Positions 17,811 to 28,474 of a stretch of 64,000 nt of DNA are shown here, piece after piece. Numbering within the stretch: the stretch's first letter is position 1; the number at the start of each line of letters is the position of its first letter. The stretch comes from Gemmatimonadota bacterium (GTDB taxonomy: Bacteria; Gemmatimonadota; Gemmatimonadetes; JACCXV01; JAHWKZ01), in assembly GCA_035513155.1 (NCBI GenBank), contig DATKCO010000034.1:2178-66177 (forward strand), given 5' to 3'. The notes beneath the pieces were generated by a model that made no database searches, was not told the DNA's origin, and saw only the letters and a program-made list of their open reading frames with translations. A program made the translations under genes and the position numbers.

Positions 17811-19190
17811 TCAGCCGTCTTCCAGGAACTCGAACCGGTAGTTGGACAGGACGCGCCGGGCGACCATCCGCCCGAGCTCCCGCGCCCGATCGACCGCCTC
17901 GGGGGTGAACTCCAGCGGGTCGAGCATGCGCAGGATGTGATTCTCGGCGGCGATGTCGGGATCGGGGTACACGCGAATCCGCACGTGGTCGATCCAGGCC
18001 ATCGATTCGAACGCATCGGTCAGCTTCCGGAGGACCTCGGGGCCACAGCCGGAGCCCCCCAGGATCTCCCGGCTCGCGTGATAGAGCGCCAACTGGGTCC
18101 GGTGCGCCCGCATGACATCGTCCTGCTTGGCATCCCGGCTCTGCGCGGTCTTCTGCTGGTGGATCGCCGAATATCCCAGCTCCGAGAGCGAGCGGAAGCC
18201 GTGGAGATACTTGTAGGGCGCGCTGATCGAGGAGACGATCACGAGATCGGCCCCGCTCTCCTCGGCCACGTCGGTCGTGAACGGGTTCCGATCCTCCCCG
18301 TCCAGCACCTCCACCGTGTAATGCCCGAGGCGATAGGGCTCTCCGGCGGCGTCCTCCAGCGTCACGGGCTGGTAGAAGGGATAGCTGGCCATCGAGCCGA
18401 TGGCGGCCCGCGCCATCGGCACCCCGCGGATCCGCAGCGACGTGTTGCGGGTGTGGGGGTCTCCCCGGAACCTGGCCAGGATCGGGTGCCCCGGGTCCAC
18501 CCCACCCTCTTCGAACGCCCGGACGATCTTGCGTCCCTCCGACCCCAGGATCAGGTGGATCGCCTCGGGACGGACGGGCTGTTCGCGGAACAGCTCGAGG
18601 ATCCGCGCCTCGCGCTCACCGAGGATCAGCGTCACCGGATGGTTGAGGTCCACCGCCAGGATGGCGGCCTCGGTGCGAAGATCCTCCCAGTCGCGGCCGC
18701 GCAGCACCTCGTCCCGCAGGTACTCCCCGATCGGCTCCAGCGTCCACAGGGGGAACAGCACGTTCACCGTCGACTCCGCCGCCCACGATTTCCAGGTGCG
18801 CCGCGAGGACCACGACGCCCGCGGGCCCTCGCGCGACCAGTCCAGCAGCTTGCGGCTCAACCCCTTCCCCTGGCCCAGGAGGCTGGCGTCGAAGCGCTCC
18901 ATCCGAGACATCCCTTCCGCCATCGTTCCGAGCAGATCGTCCCGCCCCACGCCGGCGCACGCCGCGGTCACGAAGAACGCGCCGGCGGAGGAGCCGACGG
19001 CGAGGTCGATCCCCGGGGGACCGGTCTCCCGCGGCTCGGCGCGGTCGCGGAAGCCCGACCGCAGAACGAAACCCCGCTCCTCGAGCACCTCGAGGACGCC
19101 GAAATGGTACGCCACCGCGGGCACGAACCCCCCCAGGAACTTGCCCGCGATCATGCGGGGGCGAGCCACCGGAACCGGTTCGTTGAACAC
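17811..19190 (-). CDS. Patatin-like phospholipase
   Basis: It has the oxyanion region GGFVPAVAYHFGVL and the GxSxG nucleophile elbow GSSAG. It is 459 aa long. Confidence 0.85.
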   Translation of the reverse strand: MFNEPVPVARPRMIAGKFLGGFVPAVAYHFGVLEVLEERGFVLRSGFRDRAEPRETGPPGIDLAVGSSAGAFFVTAACAGVGRDDLLGTMAEGMSRMERFDASLLGQGKGLSRKLLDWSREGPRASWSSRRTWKSWAAESTVNVLFPLWTLEPIGEYLRDEVLRGRDWEDLRTEAAILAVDLNHPVTLILGEREARILELFREQPVRPEAIHLILGSEGRKIVRAFEEGGVDPGHPILARFRGDPHTRNTSLRIRGVPMARAAIGSMASYPFYQPVTLEDAAGEPYRLGHYTVEVLDGEDRNPFTTDVAEESGADLVIVSSISAPYKYLHGFRSLSELGYSAIHQQKTAQSRDAKQDDVMRAHRTQLALYHASREILGGSGCGPEVLRKLTDAFESMAWIDHVRIRVYPDPDIAAENHILRMLDPLEFTPEAVDRARELGRMVARRVLSNYRFEFLEDG

Positions 19191-19293
19191 TGCGACCTCC
19201 GTCGAGGGGGCGATCCGCGTCGATGGCTCGGGGACGGTGCGGGCACTACGTTAGTCGGACCCCCTCGAACCTGCTATCGCTCAAGGAGGCTTC

Positions 19294-20064
19294 ATGGCTC
19301 GCTCGCTCGTCGCGCTCCTCGCTCTGCTTCTCGTCGCCGGGTGCCAGAACGAGGGCGGGACTTCAGCCGGGGAGGCGGTGAACGACACCCTGGCCGCCGA
19401 GCCCGCCGGGCACGATCACGTCGAGGAGATTCCCTCCCGCGCCGCGGAGCTGGAGCGGGACGCGGGCTCGAAGCCCCAGGCGGTCATGGACTTCCTTGGG
19501 ATCGACCGCGACGATCAGGTGGCCGACATCTTCGCCGGGAGCGGCTACTACACGTACCTGCTGAGCGAGCGGGTGGGGCCGACGGGCAAGGTCTGGGCGC
19601 AGGGGTTCAGCCCGGGGCTCGCCGCCCGCACCGAGCGCGGCGATCTGGCCGGCGCCGGCAACGTCGAGCTCGTCGACTCCCTCTCGCAGCTCCCGAACGG
19701 CGCCCTGGACGCGGCGATCATCATCCGCGGCTACCACCTGTTCCCGGACGCCTCGGTCCTGCTGTCCCAGCTCGACCGCGCCCTCAAGCCCGGCGGGACG
19801 GTGGGCGTGGTGGAGGTCCGGCTCGGACAGGACTATGGGCACGACATGGAGACCCACCGGATGGGCGAGAAGACGATCATCGAGGAGTTCCAGCAGCACG
19901 GGTTCGACTACGTCGGGGCGAGCGAGGCGCTCTACAACCCCGAGGACCCGCACACCGACTTCATGGAGGGTCAGCGGCACCTCTCCGACCGCATGCTGCT
20001 GAAGTTCTCCAAGCCGGGAGCGCCGGCGCCCGCGGCGCCCTCGACGGCGCGGAGCTCGAGCTAG
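19294..20064 (+). CDS. Class I SAM-dependent methyltransferase with a lipoprotein signal
   Basis: It has the lipobox LLVAGC, the SAM motif I VADIFAGSGYYT and the post-I region LKPGGTVGVVE. Confidence 0.75.
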   Translation: MARSLVALLALLLVAGCQNEGGTSAGEAVNDTLAAEPAGHDHVEEIPSRAAELERDAGSKPQAVMDFLGIDRDDQVADIFAGSGYYTYLLSERVGPTGKVWAQGFSPGLAARTERGDLAGAGNVELVDSLSQLPNGALDAAIIIRGYHLFPDASVLLSQLDRALKPGGTVGVVEVRLGQDYGHDMETHRMGEKTIIEEFQQHGFDYVGASEALYNPEDPHTDFMEGQRHLSDRMLLKFSKPGAPAPAAPSTARSSS

Positions 20065-20071
20065 CCGAGGA

Positions 20072-20989
20072 TCAGCGGCCGCCCCCGGGGGGCGGGACCT
20101 CGAGCAGGCGGGCGATCTCCTCCGCGTGGAGGTTCACCCAGGCGCCGTAGAAGTTCACCTGGGGCATCTCGACCGGAACCGAGCCGCTCTCCCTGGCCGC
20201 GAGGCGGCGGGCCCGCACGGTCGGCGCGCCGAGATGGTAGAGCGTGGCCATCACCCCCGGGTTGTCGCCGATCTCGAGGCCGGCGATCCGGGCATAGGCC
20301 CGCCGCGACTGCGCCAGCAGCGCGGCCGCGTACTCCAGGCTGCCCGACACCGTGGTCAGCGCCGACAGTACCTCCTTCACGTCCCGTCGCGACCGTCCCA
20401 TCGTCGCGGCGACCTGTGGCTCGATCCTGAGGGCGAGCCGGAACGAGACCTGGGCCGGCCCGAGCGTCCACAGGTAGGGAGCGCGCACGCGGTCGCGCTC
20501 GGGCTCGAGGCCGGCACCCACGTCGCGCTGGTAGGCCCGCTCCTGATCGGCGACCCACCGCTCGAGGTCCCGCTCTCGGATGGTTCCGAAGACCGCCTGG
20601 AACAGGCTCTCTCCGATCGCGTCGATGCGGCCCACGAGGAGGGTCTCCTCCGCGGCCACGATGCCGCCCAGCGCGATCGGGGAGACGTCGAACGCCCGGG
20701 CCACCGACACGACCGGCTCGCGATTGCGCGCCAGCCACTGGCGCGCGGATCGGGACATAGGCGTGCGCGCGCGCCGCTGCTCCTCCGGCGGGAGTGACTC
20801 CCAGCCGACGTTCCCCACCACCGGAACGAGATCGGTCGGGAGCTCTCCCGATTCCCCGACCGCATCGCCGAACAGATCCGATGTCGGCTCGGGCGACCGC
20901 CACCACCAGATCGCTGTCAGCACCAGGACGACCGCGCCGGACACTGCCGTCGCCCACGAGATCAGCCGGCGGCGGCGCCCGGGAGTCAC
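20072..20989 (-). CDS. Membrane-anchored hypothetical protein
   Basis: This is the C-terminal 305 aa of ORF 20072..21721. It has one N-terminal TM helix (ISWATAVSGAVVLVLTAIWWW) and normal composition downstream. The GTG start forms a GTGA overlap with the nfo stop. I do not recognise the family. Confidence 0.6.
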   Translation of the reverse strand: MTPGRRRRLISWATAVSGAVVLVLTAIWWWRSPEPTSDLFGDAVGESGELPTDLVPVVGNVGWESLPPEEQRRARTPMSRSARQWLARNREPVVSVARAFDVSPIALGGIVAAEETLLVGRIDAIGESLFQAVFGTIRERDLERWVADQERAYQRDVGAGLEPERDRVRAPYLWTLGPAQVSFRLALRIEPQVAATMGRSRRDVKEVLSALTTVSGSLEYAAALLAQSRRAYARIAGLEIGDNPGVMATLYHLGAPTVRARRLAARESGSVPVEMPQVNFYGAWVNLHAEEIARLLEVPPPGGGR

Positions 20990-21834
20990 GAACCGCCGGC
21001 CAGCAGCCGCAGCAGCCCCAGGTTGACGACGTCCATGTCGTCCTCCTTCGGCGTCTCGAGCACCTTGGGGACGCCCGCGAGGCGCCCGTCCCGCATGATC
21101 GTCCGGAACGCCGTCTCGCCGATCTCGCCCTGCCCGATGTGAGCGTGCCGGTCGACCCGGCTCCCGCACGGCTTGCGGGAGTCGTTGAGGTGGAGGGCGC
21201 CGAGACGCGCCCGGCCGACCGTGCCGTCGAGCTCGGCCATCAGCCTCGTCCAACCCTCCTCGTCGGAGATGTCGTAGCCCGCCGCGAAGACGTGGCAGGT
21301 GTCGACGCACACCCCGAGCCGGCCTTCCTGCTCGACGCCCTCGATGATGCGGGCGAGTTGCTCGAACCGATATCCGACGTTGGCCCCCTGACCCGCCGTC
21401 GTCTCCAGCAGGACCCGGGTGCCCTCGTCGGGGACCTTCTCGAAGACGGCGTTCAGCGACGCGGCCACCCGGTCGAGGACCGCGTCCTCGTCGGCGTCGG
21501 CGTCCCCGACCGGGTGCATGACCAGGGCCGGGATGCCGAGCCGCTGGCAGGTGCGGATCTCTTCGACGAAGGCCGAGCGCGACTTGGCCCGGACCGCGGC
21601 ATCGCGGGTTCCCAGGCGGGTCAGGTAGATGTCGTGGGCCAGGACGACCCGGCAGGACGAGGCCTTCCACGCGGCATGGAAGGCGGCTACATCCTCGTCG
21701 GACAGATCGCGGCCGCGCCATTGTCTCGGGCTGGAGGTGAAGATCTGGATCGCCGTGCAGCCGAGAGCCTCGCCCCGCGCGAAGGCGGTGTGGAGACCGC
21801 CGGCCGTCGACATGTGCGCGCCGAGGAGCGACAT
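20986..21834 (-). CDS. nfo: Endonuclease IV
   Basis: It contains MSLLGAHMSTAGGL...IFTSSPRQW...LVMHPG-like...LLETTAGQG...VCVDTCHVFAAGYD...LHLNDS, the Nfo/AP endonuclease 2 metal-ligand pattern. Confidence 0.9.
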   Translation of the reverse strand: MSLLGAHMSTAGGLHTAFARGEALGCTAIQIFTSSPRQWRGRDLSDEDVAAFHAAWKASSCRVVLAHDIYLTRLGTRDAAVRAKSRSAFVEEIRTCQRLGIPALVMHPVGDADADEDAVLDRVAASLNAVFEKVPDEGTRVLLETTAGQGANVGYRFEQLARIIEGVEQEGRLGVCVDTCHVFAAGYDISDEEGWTRLMAELDGTVGRARLGALHLNDSRKPCGSRVDRHAHIGQGEIGETAFRTIMRDGRLAGVPKVLETPKEDDMDVVNLGLLRLLAGGS

Positions 21835-21890
21835 GCGCCCGATTCTAGGGGCTTGCACCGGCGGGGCGCCAGCGGCGAACTTCGGGCGCG

Positions 21891-23255
21891 ATGCGGGCCT
21901 TGCTCTCCACGATCGCCTTCCTCTTCGTCGCCTCGACCGCCCTCGCCCAGGTCGCGGTGGCGCCTCCGTCGGCGAGGACCGCCCTCGGCCTCACCGTATA
22001 TGACGGCTTCGCGGTCGTCCGGGAGAGCCGCTCCCTTCCGGGCGGATCGGAACGCTCGATCCTCTGGCCGGAGGTCCCCCCCTCGCTCGACCCCGGAACC
22101 GTCATCCTCCGCGGCGACGGGCGCACGCTGGAGATCCGGCGCCAGGCCTGGGAGGCTCCGCTCTCCTCGGGGGCCGCGCTCCGTTCCGCTGTCGGCTCGA
22201 GAGTCACGCTGGTGGGCGAGGACGGGTCGCGGATCGCGGCCGTCCTCGAGTCCGCGGACGGTCCCACGTTCCGGGTGGGTGACCGGCTCCTCGTCGCCTG
22301 GCCCGGAGCGGTCGAGCTGCCCGCGCCGCCCGACGCCTCGGCGGGAGGGGCGCTGCGCTGGGAGCTCGCCGCCCCCGCGCCCTCTCCTCTCACCGCCGCG
22401 TTCCTGGCCGACGGCCTGAGCTGGTCGGCCGACTACACGGCGGTACTGGGAGAGGACTCGATGGCGCTCGACGGCTTCGTCACCGTCGAGAACGGCACCG
22501 GCCTCGCCTTCACGGGCGCCCGCCTCCAACTCGTCGCCGGCGAAGTCCGCCGCGTGGCGGACGGCGGCGCCCCGCGACCCGTCGCGATGCGGATGGCCGA
22601 GGCGGCCGTCGGCGACGACGTCTCCCGGGAGGCCTTCGGCGACGTGCATCTCTACACCGTCGACGATCCGGTCACGCTGTCGGCCGTCGGCTCGACCCGC
22701 ATCTCGCTGTTCCACGCTCCGCGCGTCCCGGTGCGGCGGGAATACGTCCTCTACAGCCAGCCCTGGTGGTTCCAGAGCCGCGCGCCGGACCTTCCCGCCA
22801 CCGAGCATCCGCAGGTGAGGCTCGCCTTCGAGAACCGGAACGTCGCGGGCGGCGACGACCCGCTGCCGGCCGGGGTGCTCCACACCTGGCGGGCGGACGA
22901 CCAGGGCCGACTCCAGTTCAGCGGCGAGGCGGCGATCCCCCACACGCCCTCCGGTGAGGAGGTCGTGGCCACGATCGGCGCCGCCTTCGACATCGTGGCC
23001 GAGCGCGCGCAGACCGATTACCGCCAGCTGGATCCGCGCACCTTCGAATCCGCCTGGCGGATCGAGATCCGCAATCGCAGCCGGTCGGCCGCTTCGGTCC
23101 TGGTCGTCGAGCGGATGCCCGGTTTCGAGTGGACGATCGTCGAGGAGAGCCGTCCGCACGAGCGGATCGACGCCCAGGTCGTGCGCTGGACCGTGCCGGT
23201 CCCCGCGGGTGGCTCGGCGACGCTCACCTACCGGGTTCGTGTGACGCAGGGTTGA
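21891..23255 (+). CDS. Secreted DUF4139-like protein
   Basis: It has a signal peptide (...FVASTALA/QV). Its beta-rich repeats and LSWSADYTAVL...FVTVENGTGLAFTGARLQLVAGEV are typical of DUF4139. Confidence 0.65.
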   Translation: MRALLSTIAFLFVASTALAQVAVAPPSARTALGLTVYDGFAVVRESRSLPGGSERSILWPEVPPSLDPGTVILRGDGRTLEIRRQAWEAPLSSGAALRSAVGSRVTLVGEDGSRIAAVLESADGPTFRVGDRLLVAWPGAVELPAPPDASAGGALRWELAAPAPSPLTAAFLADGLSWSADYTAVLGEDSMALDGFVTVENGTGLAFTGARLQLVAGEVRRVADGGAPRPVAMRMAEAAVGDDVSREAFGDVHLYTVDDPVTLSAVGSTRISLFHAPRVPVRREYVLYSQPWWFQSRAPDLPATEHPQVRLAFENRNVAGGDDPLPAGVLHTWRADDQGRLQFSGEAAIPHTPSGEEVVATIGAAFDIVAERAQTDYRQLDPRTFESAWRIEIRNRSRSAASVLVVERMPGFEWTIVEESRPHERIDAQVVRWTVPVPAGGSATLTYRVRVTQG

Positions 23256-23286
23256 ACGCCTTCGCAGGTCGCTCGGTCTATTCGCC

Positions 23287-24502
23287 GTGAACTTCTGGGA
23301 AGCGCTCTCCTCCGCCCTACAGTCCCTGCGCGCCAACAAGCTGCGGTCATTCCTCACGCTCCTCGGGATCATCGTTGCCGTGACGTCGATCATCGCCGTC
23401 GTCACCGTGATTCAGGGACTGGACTCCAAGGTCTCCGAGCTCGTCACGGGCCGCGGCGCGGACGTCTTCATCCTAGACCGCATCGGCACCAGCGAGGCGT
23501 TCAGCTCGCAGGCGATGATCGAGGCCATGCGACGCCCCGAGCTGACCGCCGACGACGCGCAGGCGCTCGCCCGCGAGGGCAGGTCGCTGGCCTACGTGGC
23601 CGCCGAGGCGAACCAGCGGGAGGACGTCTGGGGCGGCAGCCGCAGGGTCGAGGACATGAACATCCGCGGCGTGGGTCCCGAGTACCCCTATCTGTCGACG
23701 TTCGAGATCGCCCGCGGCCGTCACCTGTCGCCGCTGGAGATCGAGCGCGCGCGTCCGATCGCCGTCATCGGCCAGGATGTCGCCCGGGAGCTGTTCCCCA
23801 CCCGCGATCCGCTCGGCGAGACGATCCGCGTGCGCGGACGTCATTTCACGATCGTCGGCGTGGCCGCGGTCCAGGGCTCCACGTTCGGTGTCACCCAGGA
23901 CGACTTCGTCGTCGTGCCGCTCACCACGTGGCAGAAGATCTTCAGCCGGCGGCAGAGCGTGAGCATCTCGATCAAGGCCGCCGACCCGGACGACATCCAA
24001 TCCTCGATCGACGAGACGCGCATGATCATGCGCCTCCGCCACAATCTCCGGCCGTCGGAGCCCGACGACTTCGGCTTCATGACCACCCAGGAGCTGCTGG
24101 ATCTCTACCGCAAGATCACGACCGGCATCTACTCGGCGCTGGTGGGCCTGGTCGCGATCTCCCTCGTCATCGGCGGCATCGTGGTCATGAACATCATGCT
24201 GGTGGCGGTGACCGAACGGACGCGCGAGATCGGCATCCGAAAGGCGATCGGAGCGCGCGCGGTGGACATCCAGCGCCAGTTCCTGACCGAGGCGGTGATC
24301 CTCTCCGCGATCGGCGGACTGGCGGGGGTCGCTCTGGGCTTCGCGATCGCGATCCTCATCTCGCAGATCACGCCGCTCCCCTACGCGTTGCGCTGGTGGT
24401 CGATCGGACTGGGCATCGGGGTCTCGTCGCTGGTCGGGATCGCGTTCGGCATCTATCCCGCCGCCAAGGCCGCGCGCCTGGACCCCATCGTGGCGCTGCG
24501 CC

Positions 24503-24510
<8 letters not shown>
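23287..24510 (+). CDS. MacB/FtsX-type ABC transporter permease
   Basis: It has LRANKLRSFLTLLGIIVAVTSIIAV, a large periplasmic loop and the FtsX C-terminus (TERTREIGIRKAIGA...FGIYPAAKAARLDPIVALRHE). Confidence 0.9.
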
Positions 24511-25804
<1,294 letters not shown>

Positions 25805-25823
25805 CCCCGGGGCGGTCCGGCCC

Positions 25824-26312
25824 TCAGCGCTCGGGGACCGCGAGCTGGATCCCCTCCTGCACCGCCCGCCGCTGGAGCGCGTTGGCGCTGTCCACGAGCG
25901 CGTTGTGGGTGTCGACCAGCGCCGAGTACCGGGCATAGACGCGCTGCATCTCGGCCAAGACGGCGTTGTGCGCGGAGACGGCCTCGTTGTGGCGGTCGAT
26001 CTCCCCCAGATACTGCCGGTGCTGCGGCGTGGGGAGCCTCCCCCCCACGGCCTGGCGCTCCCAGTGGCCGAGCCGCTCGCTGGCGCTCGCCAGGGCGCGC
26101 TTTTCCCCCGCCAGCCGGTCGTCCAGGCGGGCGAGAAGCTGTTTCAGGGAGTCGATCCGGGTCGCTCCCACCTCGATCTCTCCCTGCATGGCGGCCCAGG
26201 CCTCCCGCTCCGGTGCCTGCCCCCGCCACCGGACCCAGCCCAGCGCCAGGAACGCCAGCACGAACGCGGCGGTCAGGAGCAGGAAGACGCGGAACTGGCG
26301 GCTGTTCCTCAC
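25824..26312 (-). CDS. Membrane-anchored coiled-coil hypothetical protein
   Basis: This is the C-terminal 162 aa of ORF 25824..26375. It has a TM helix (FRVFLLLTAAFVLAFLALGW) followed by heptad-like helices. The GTG start forms a GTGA overlap with the ABC-F stop. Confidence 0.55.
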   Translation of the reverse strand: MRNSRQFRVFLLLTAAFVLAFLALGWVRWRGQAPEREAWAAMQGEIEVGATRIDSLKQLLARLDDRLAGEKRALASASERLGHWERQAVGGRLPTPQHRQYLGEIDRHNEAVSAHNAVLAEMQRVYARYSALVDTHNALVDSANALQRRAVQEGIQLAVPER

Positions 26313-28273
26313 CGGACGCGGGTCCCGGCCGCTTCGCCGCCGAGGGCCGTCAGCTCGCGCTCGACGGCCGTCCACTGCTCCATCAGCCGCTCGACGCGGC
26401 CCGCCACCTCACGCTCCTCGGACTCCAGCGCACGCACATCCTCGTGCTCGGTCCCCGCATAGAAGCCGGGATCCGCGAACCGGGCGTGGATCTCCGCCAA
26501 CCGGGCCTCGGCCTGGTCGACCTCCTCCAGCAGCCGATCGCGCTCCGCGGAGAGATCCGCCGCGCGCCTGCGGCGCTCCCTCTCTGCGGCGCGATCCGCG
26601 GGAGCGCCTTCCGGGGCGCGCGCTGGCCGCTCCCGCGCCGTGCGCTCGCGCAACGCCCGGGATGAGACGGACTCGGCGTCCAGGTGGTCGTCCCCGCACA
26701 CCTCCACGTACTGGTCGTACGACCCGTGGAAGTCGCGGATGCCGTCGGGGCGGATCTCCAGGATCCGATCCGCGACCTCGCTGACGAACCAGCGGTCGTG
26801 GCTGACGAGGATCGCCGTGCCGTCGAAGGCCGCCAGCCCCTCGACCAGCGACTCGATCGCCTCGAGGTCGAGGTGATTGGTGGGCTCGTCGAGGACCAGG
26901 ACGTTGGGCTTCTCGACGGCCAGGCGCGCGAACACGAGCCGCGCGGCCTCGCCGCCGGAGAGCTTCCCCACCGGCTTCAGCGCCTCGTCGCCGGAGAAGA
27001 GGACCAGGCCCAGCTGACCGCGGACGAAGCCGATCCCCTCGCCGGGGCTCGCGTCCCACAGCCAGCTCTCTGCCGTCTGACGGCCGTCCCCGAGCTGCTC
27101 GCGATGGTCCTGCGCGAACCATCCGGGGTACGTCTCGTAGCCCCACTCGACCTCGCCCGCGTCCGGCTCGAGCTGGCCGACGAGGATCTTGAGCAGCGTG
27201 GACTTCCCGATCCCGTTGGGGCCCAGCACGGCCAGCCGGTCCCCCCGCTTGACCTCCAGGTTGACGTCGGACAGGACCTGGCGGTCCCCGAACGCCTTCG
27301 AGATCCCGCGCGCGGTGAGCGCCACCTTGCCGCTCGGCCGCCGTTGACGGAAGCGGAACGTGGGCCAGCGCCGCGAGCTCTGGGGGAGCCTCTCGATCTC
27401 GATCTTCTCGATTCGCTTGATCCGGCTCTGGGCCTGGCGCGCCTTGCTCGCCTTCGCCCGGAAGCGGTCCACGAACGCCTGGTGGTCCGCGATCTCCCTC
27501 TCCCGCCGCGTGATCTCGGTCTCCTTGCGCTCCCGCTCCTCGCGCTTGGCAGCCTGGAACCGGGTATAGCCTCCCGCGTACAGGGTCACGGTCTCGTAGT
27601 CCACGTCGAGGATGTGGGTCGAGACGTTGTCGAGGAACCGATGGTCGTGGGAGATGACGACGGCCGTTCCCTCGAACCCCTGCAGGAACTTCTCGAACCA
27701 GCGGATCGAGAGGATGTCGAGGTGATTGGTCGGCTCGTCCAGCAGCAGGACGTCCGGGTCGGCGGCGAGCGTCTGCGCGAGCAGGACGCGCAGCTTGAAC
27801 CCCCCGGACAGCGTGGCGAGTGGCTCCCGGTGGACGGCGGTCGGGATCCCGAGCCCTTCGAGGATCTCCGCCGCGCGGGCCTCCACGGAGTAGCCGTCGT
27901 GGCGCAGCACGACCTCCTCGGCGGCCGAGTATCGCTCGGAGTCGAAGTGGTCGGCCGCCCGCTCCAGGACCTCCTGCTTGACGACGAGCGCATCCCAGAG
28001 CTCCCGGTTCCCCATCAGGACGACATCGAGGATCGGGACGGCCTCGTACTCGAAGTGGTCCTGTCTGAGGACGCCCAGCCGGGCGCGGCGCGGGATCGAG
28101 ACCGTCCCCTCGCTGGGAGGCGTCTCGCCCGCCAGGATCCGCAGCAGCGTCGACTTGCCCGAGCCGTTCGCCCCTACGAGCCCGTAGCGGGACCCCTCCG
28201 ACAGCTGCAGCGACACCCCGCTGAACAGGGTCTGGTCGCCGAACGACTTCGACAGGTTCGAAACCGTGATCAT
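26309..28273 (-). CDS. ABC-F family ATPase (Uup/YheS-like, two ABC domains plus a C-terminal coiled coil)
   Basis: It has two Walker A motifs (GANGSGKST, GPNGIGKST), two signature motifs (LSGGFK, LSGGEA), no TM segments, and a charged helical linker and tail. Confidence 0.95.
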   Translation of the reverse strand: MITVSNLSKSFGDQTLFSGVSLQLSEGSRYGLVGANGSGKSTLLRILAGETPPSEGTVSIPRRARLGVLRQDHFEYEAVPILDVVLMGNRELWDALVVKQEVLERAADHFDSERYSAAEEVVLRHDGYSVEARAAEILEGLGIPTAVHREPLATLSGGFKLRVLLAQTLAADPDVLLLDEPTNHLDILSIRWFEKFLQGFEGTAVVISHDHRFLDNVSTHILDVDYETVTLYAGGYTRFQAAKREERERKETEITRREREIADHQAFVDRFRAKASKARQAQSRIKRIEKIEIERLPQSSRRWPTFRFRQRRPSGKVALTARGISKAFGDRQVLSDVNLEVKRGDRLAVLGPNGIGKSTLLKILVGQLEPDAGEVEWGYETYPGWFAQDHREQLGDGRQTAESWLWDASPGEGIGFVRGQLGLVLFSGDEALKPVGKLSGGEAARLVFARLAVEKPNVLVLDEPTNHLDLEAIESLVEGLAAFDGTAILVSHDRWFVSEVADRILEIRPDGIRDFHGSYDQYVEVCGDDHLDAESVSSRALRERTARERPARAPEGAPADRAAERERRRRAADLSAERDRLLEEVDQAEARLAEIHARFADPGFYAGTEHEDVRALESEEREVAGRVERLMEQWTAVERELTALGGEAAGTRVR

Positions 28274-28305
28274 CGACCTAGAAACCGGTTTATTAGATCG
28301 GTCAT
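28270..28305 (-). other. Candidate 11-codon leader mini-ORF (MTDLINRFLGR) whose TGA overlaps the ABC-F ATG
   Basis: GGAG lies 6 nt upstream of its ATG. It uses rare AT-rich codons (CTA, ATA, TTT). Its stop forms ATGA with the ABC-F start. Translation is unproven. Confidence 0.3.
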
Positions 28306-28323
28306 AACACGCTCCAGAATCAT

Positions 28324-28332
28324 ATTATACCA
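28324..28332 (-). promoter_or_regulatory. Extended -10 promoter element TGGTATAAT for the ABC-F gene
   Basis: It is a perfect TGnTATAAT on the minus strand, within an AT-rich patch about 50 nt upstream of ATG 28273. Confidence 0.5.
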
Positions 28333-28474
28333 CTCTACACGATGTCGGGTTCCGGAGCGGACCGGTGGGATTCCGGTGCCCAGGCGACCCCTCAGCGGCC
28401 GACCGCGAGCCCCGCGGACGGGACGAGCGGGGAGCCTGCGGCGCAGGCCGCGAGGAGGAGAGCGATCCGCACCG

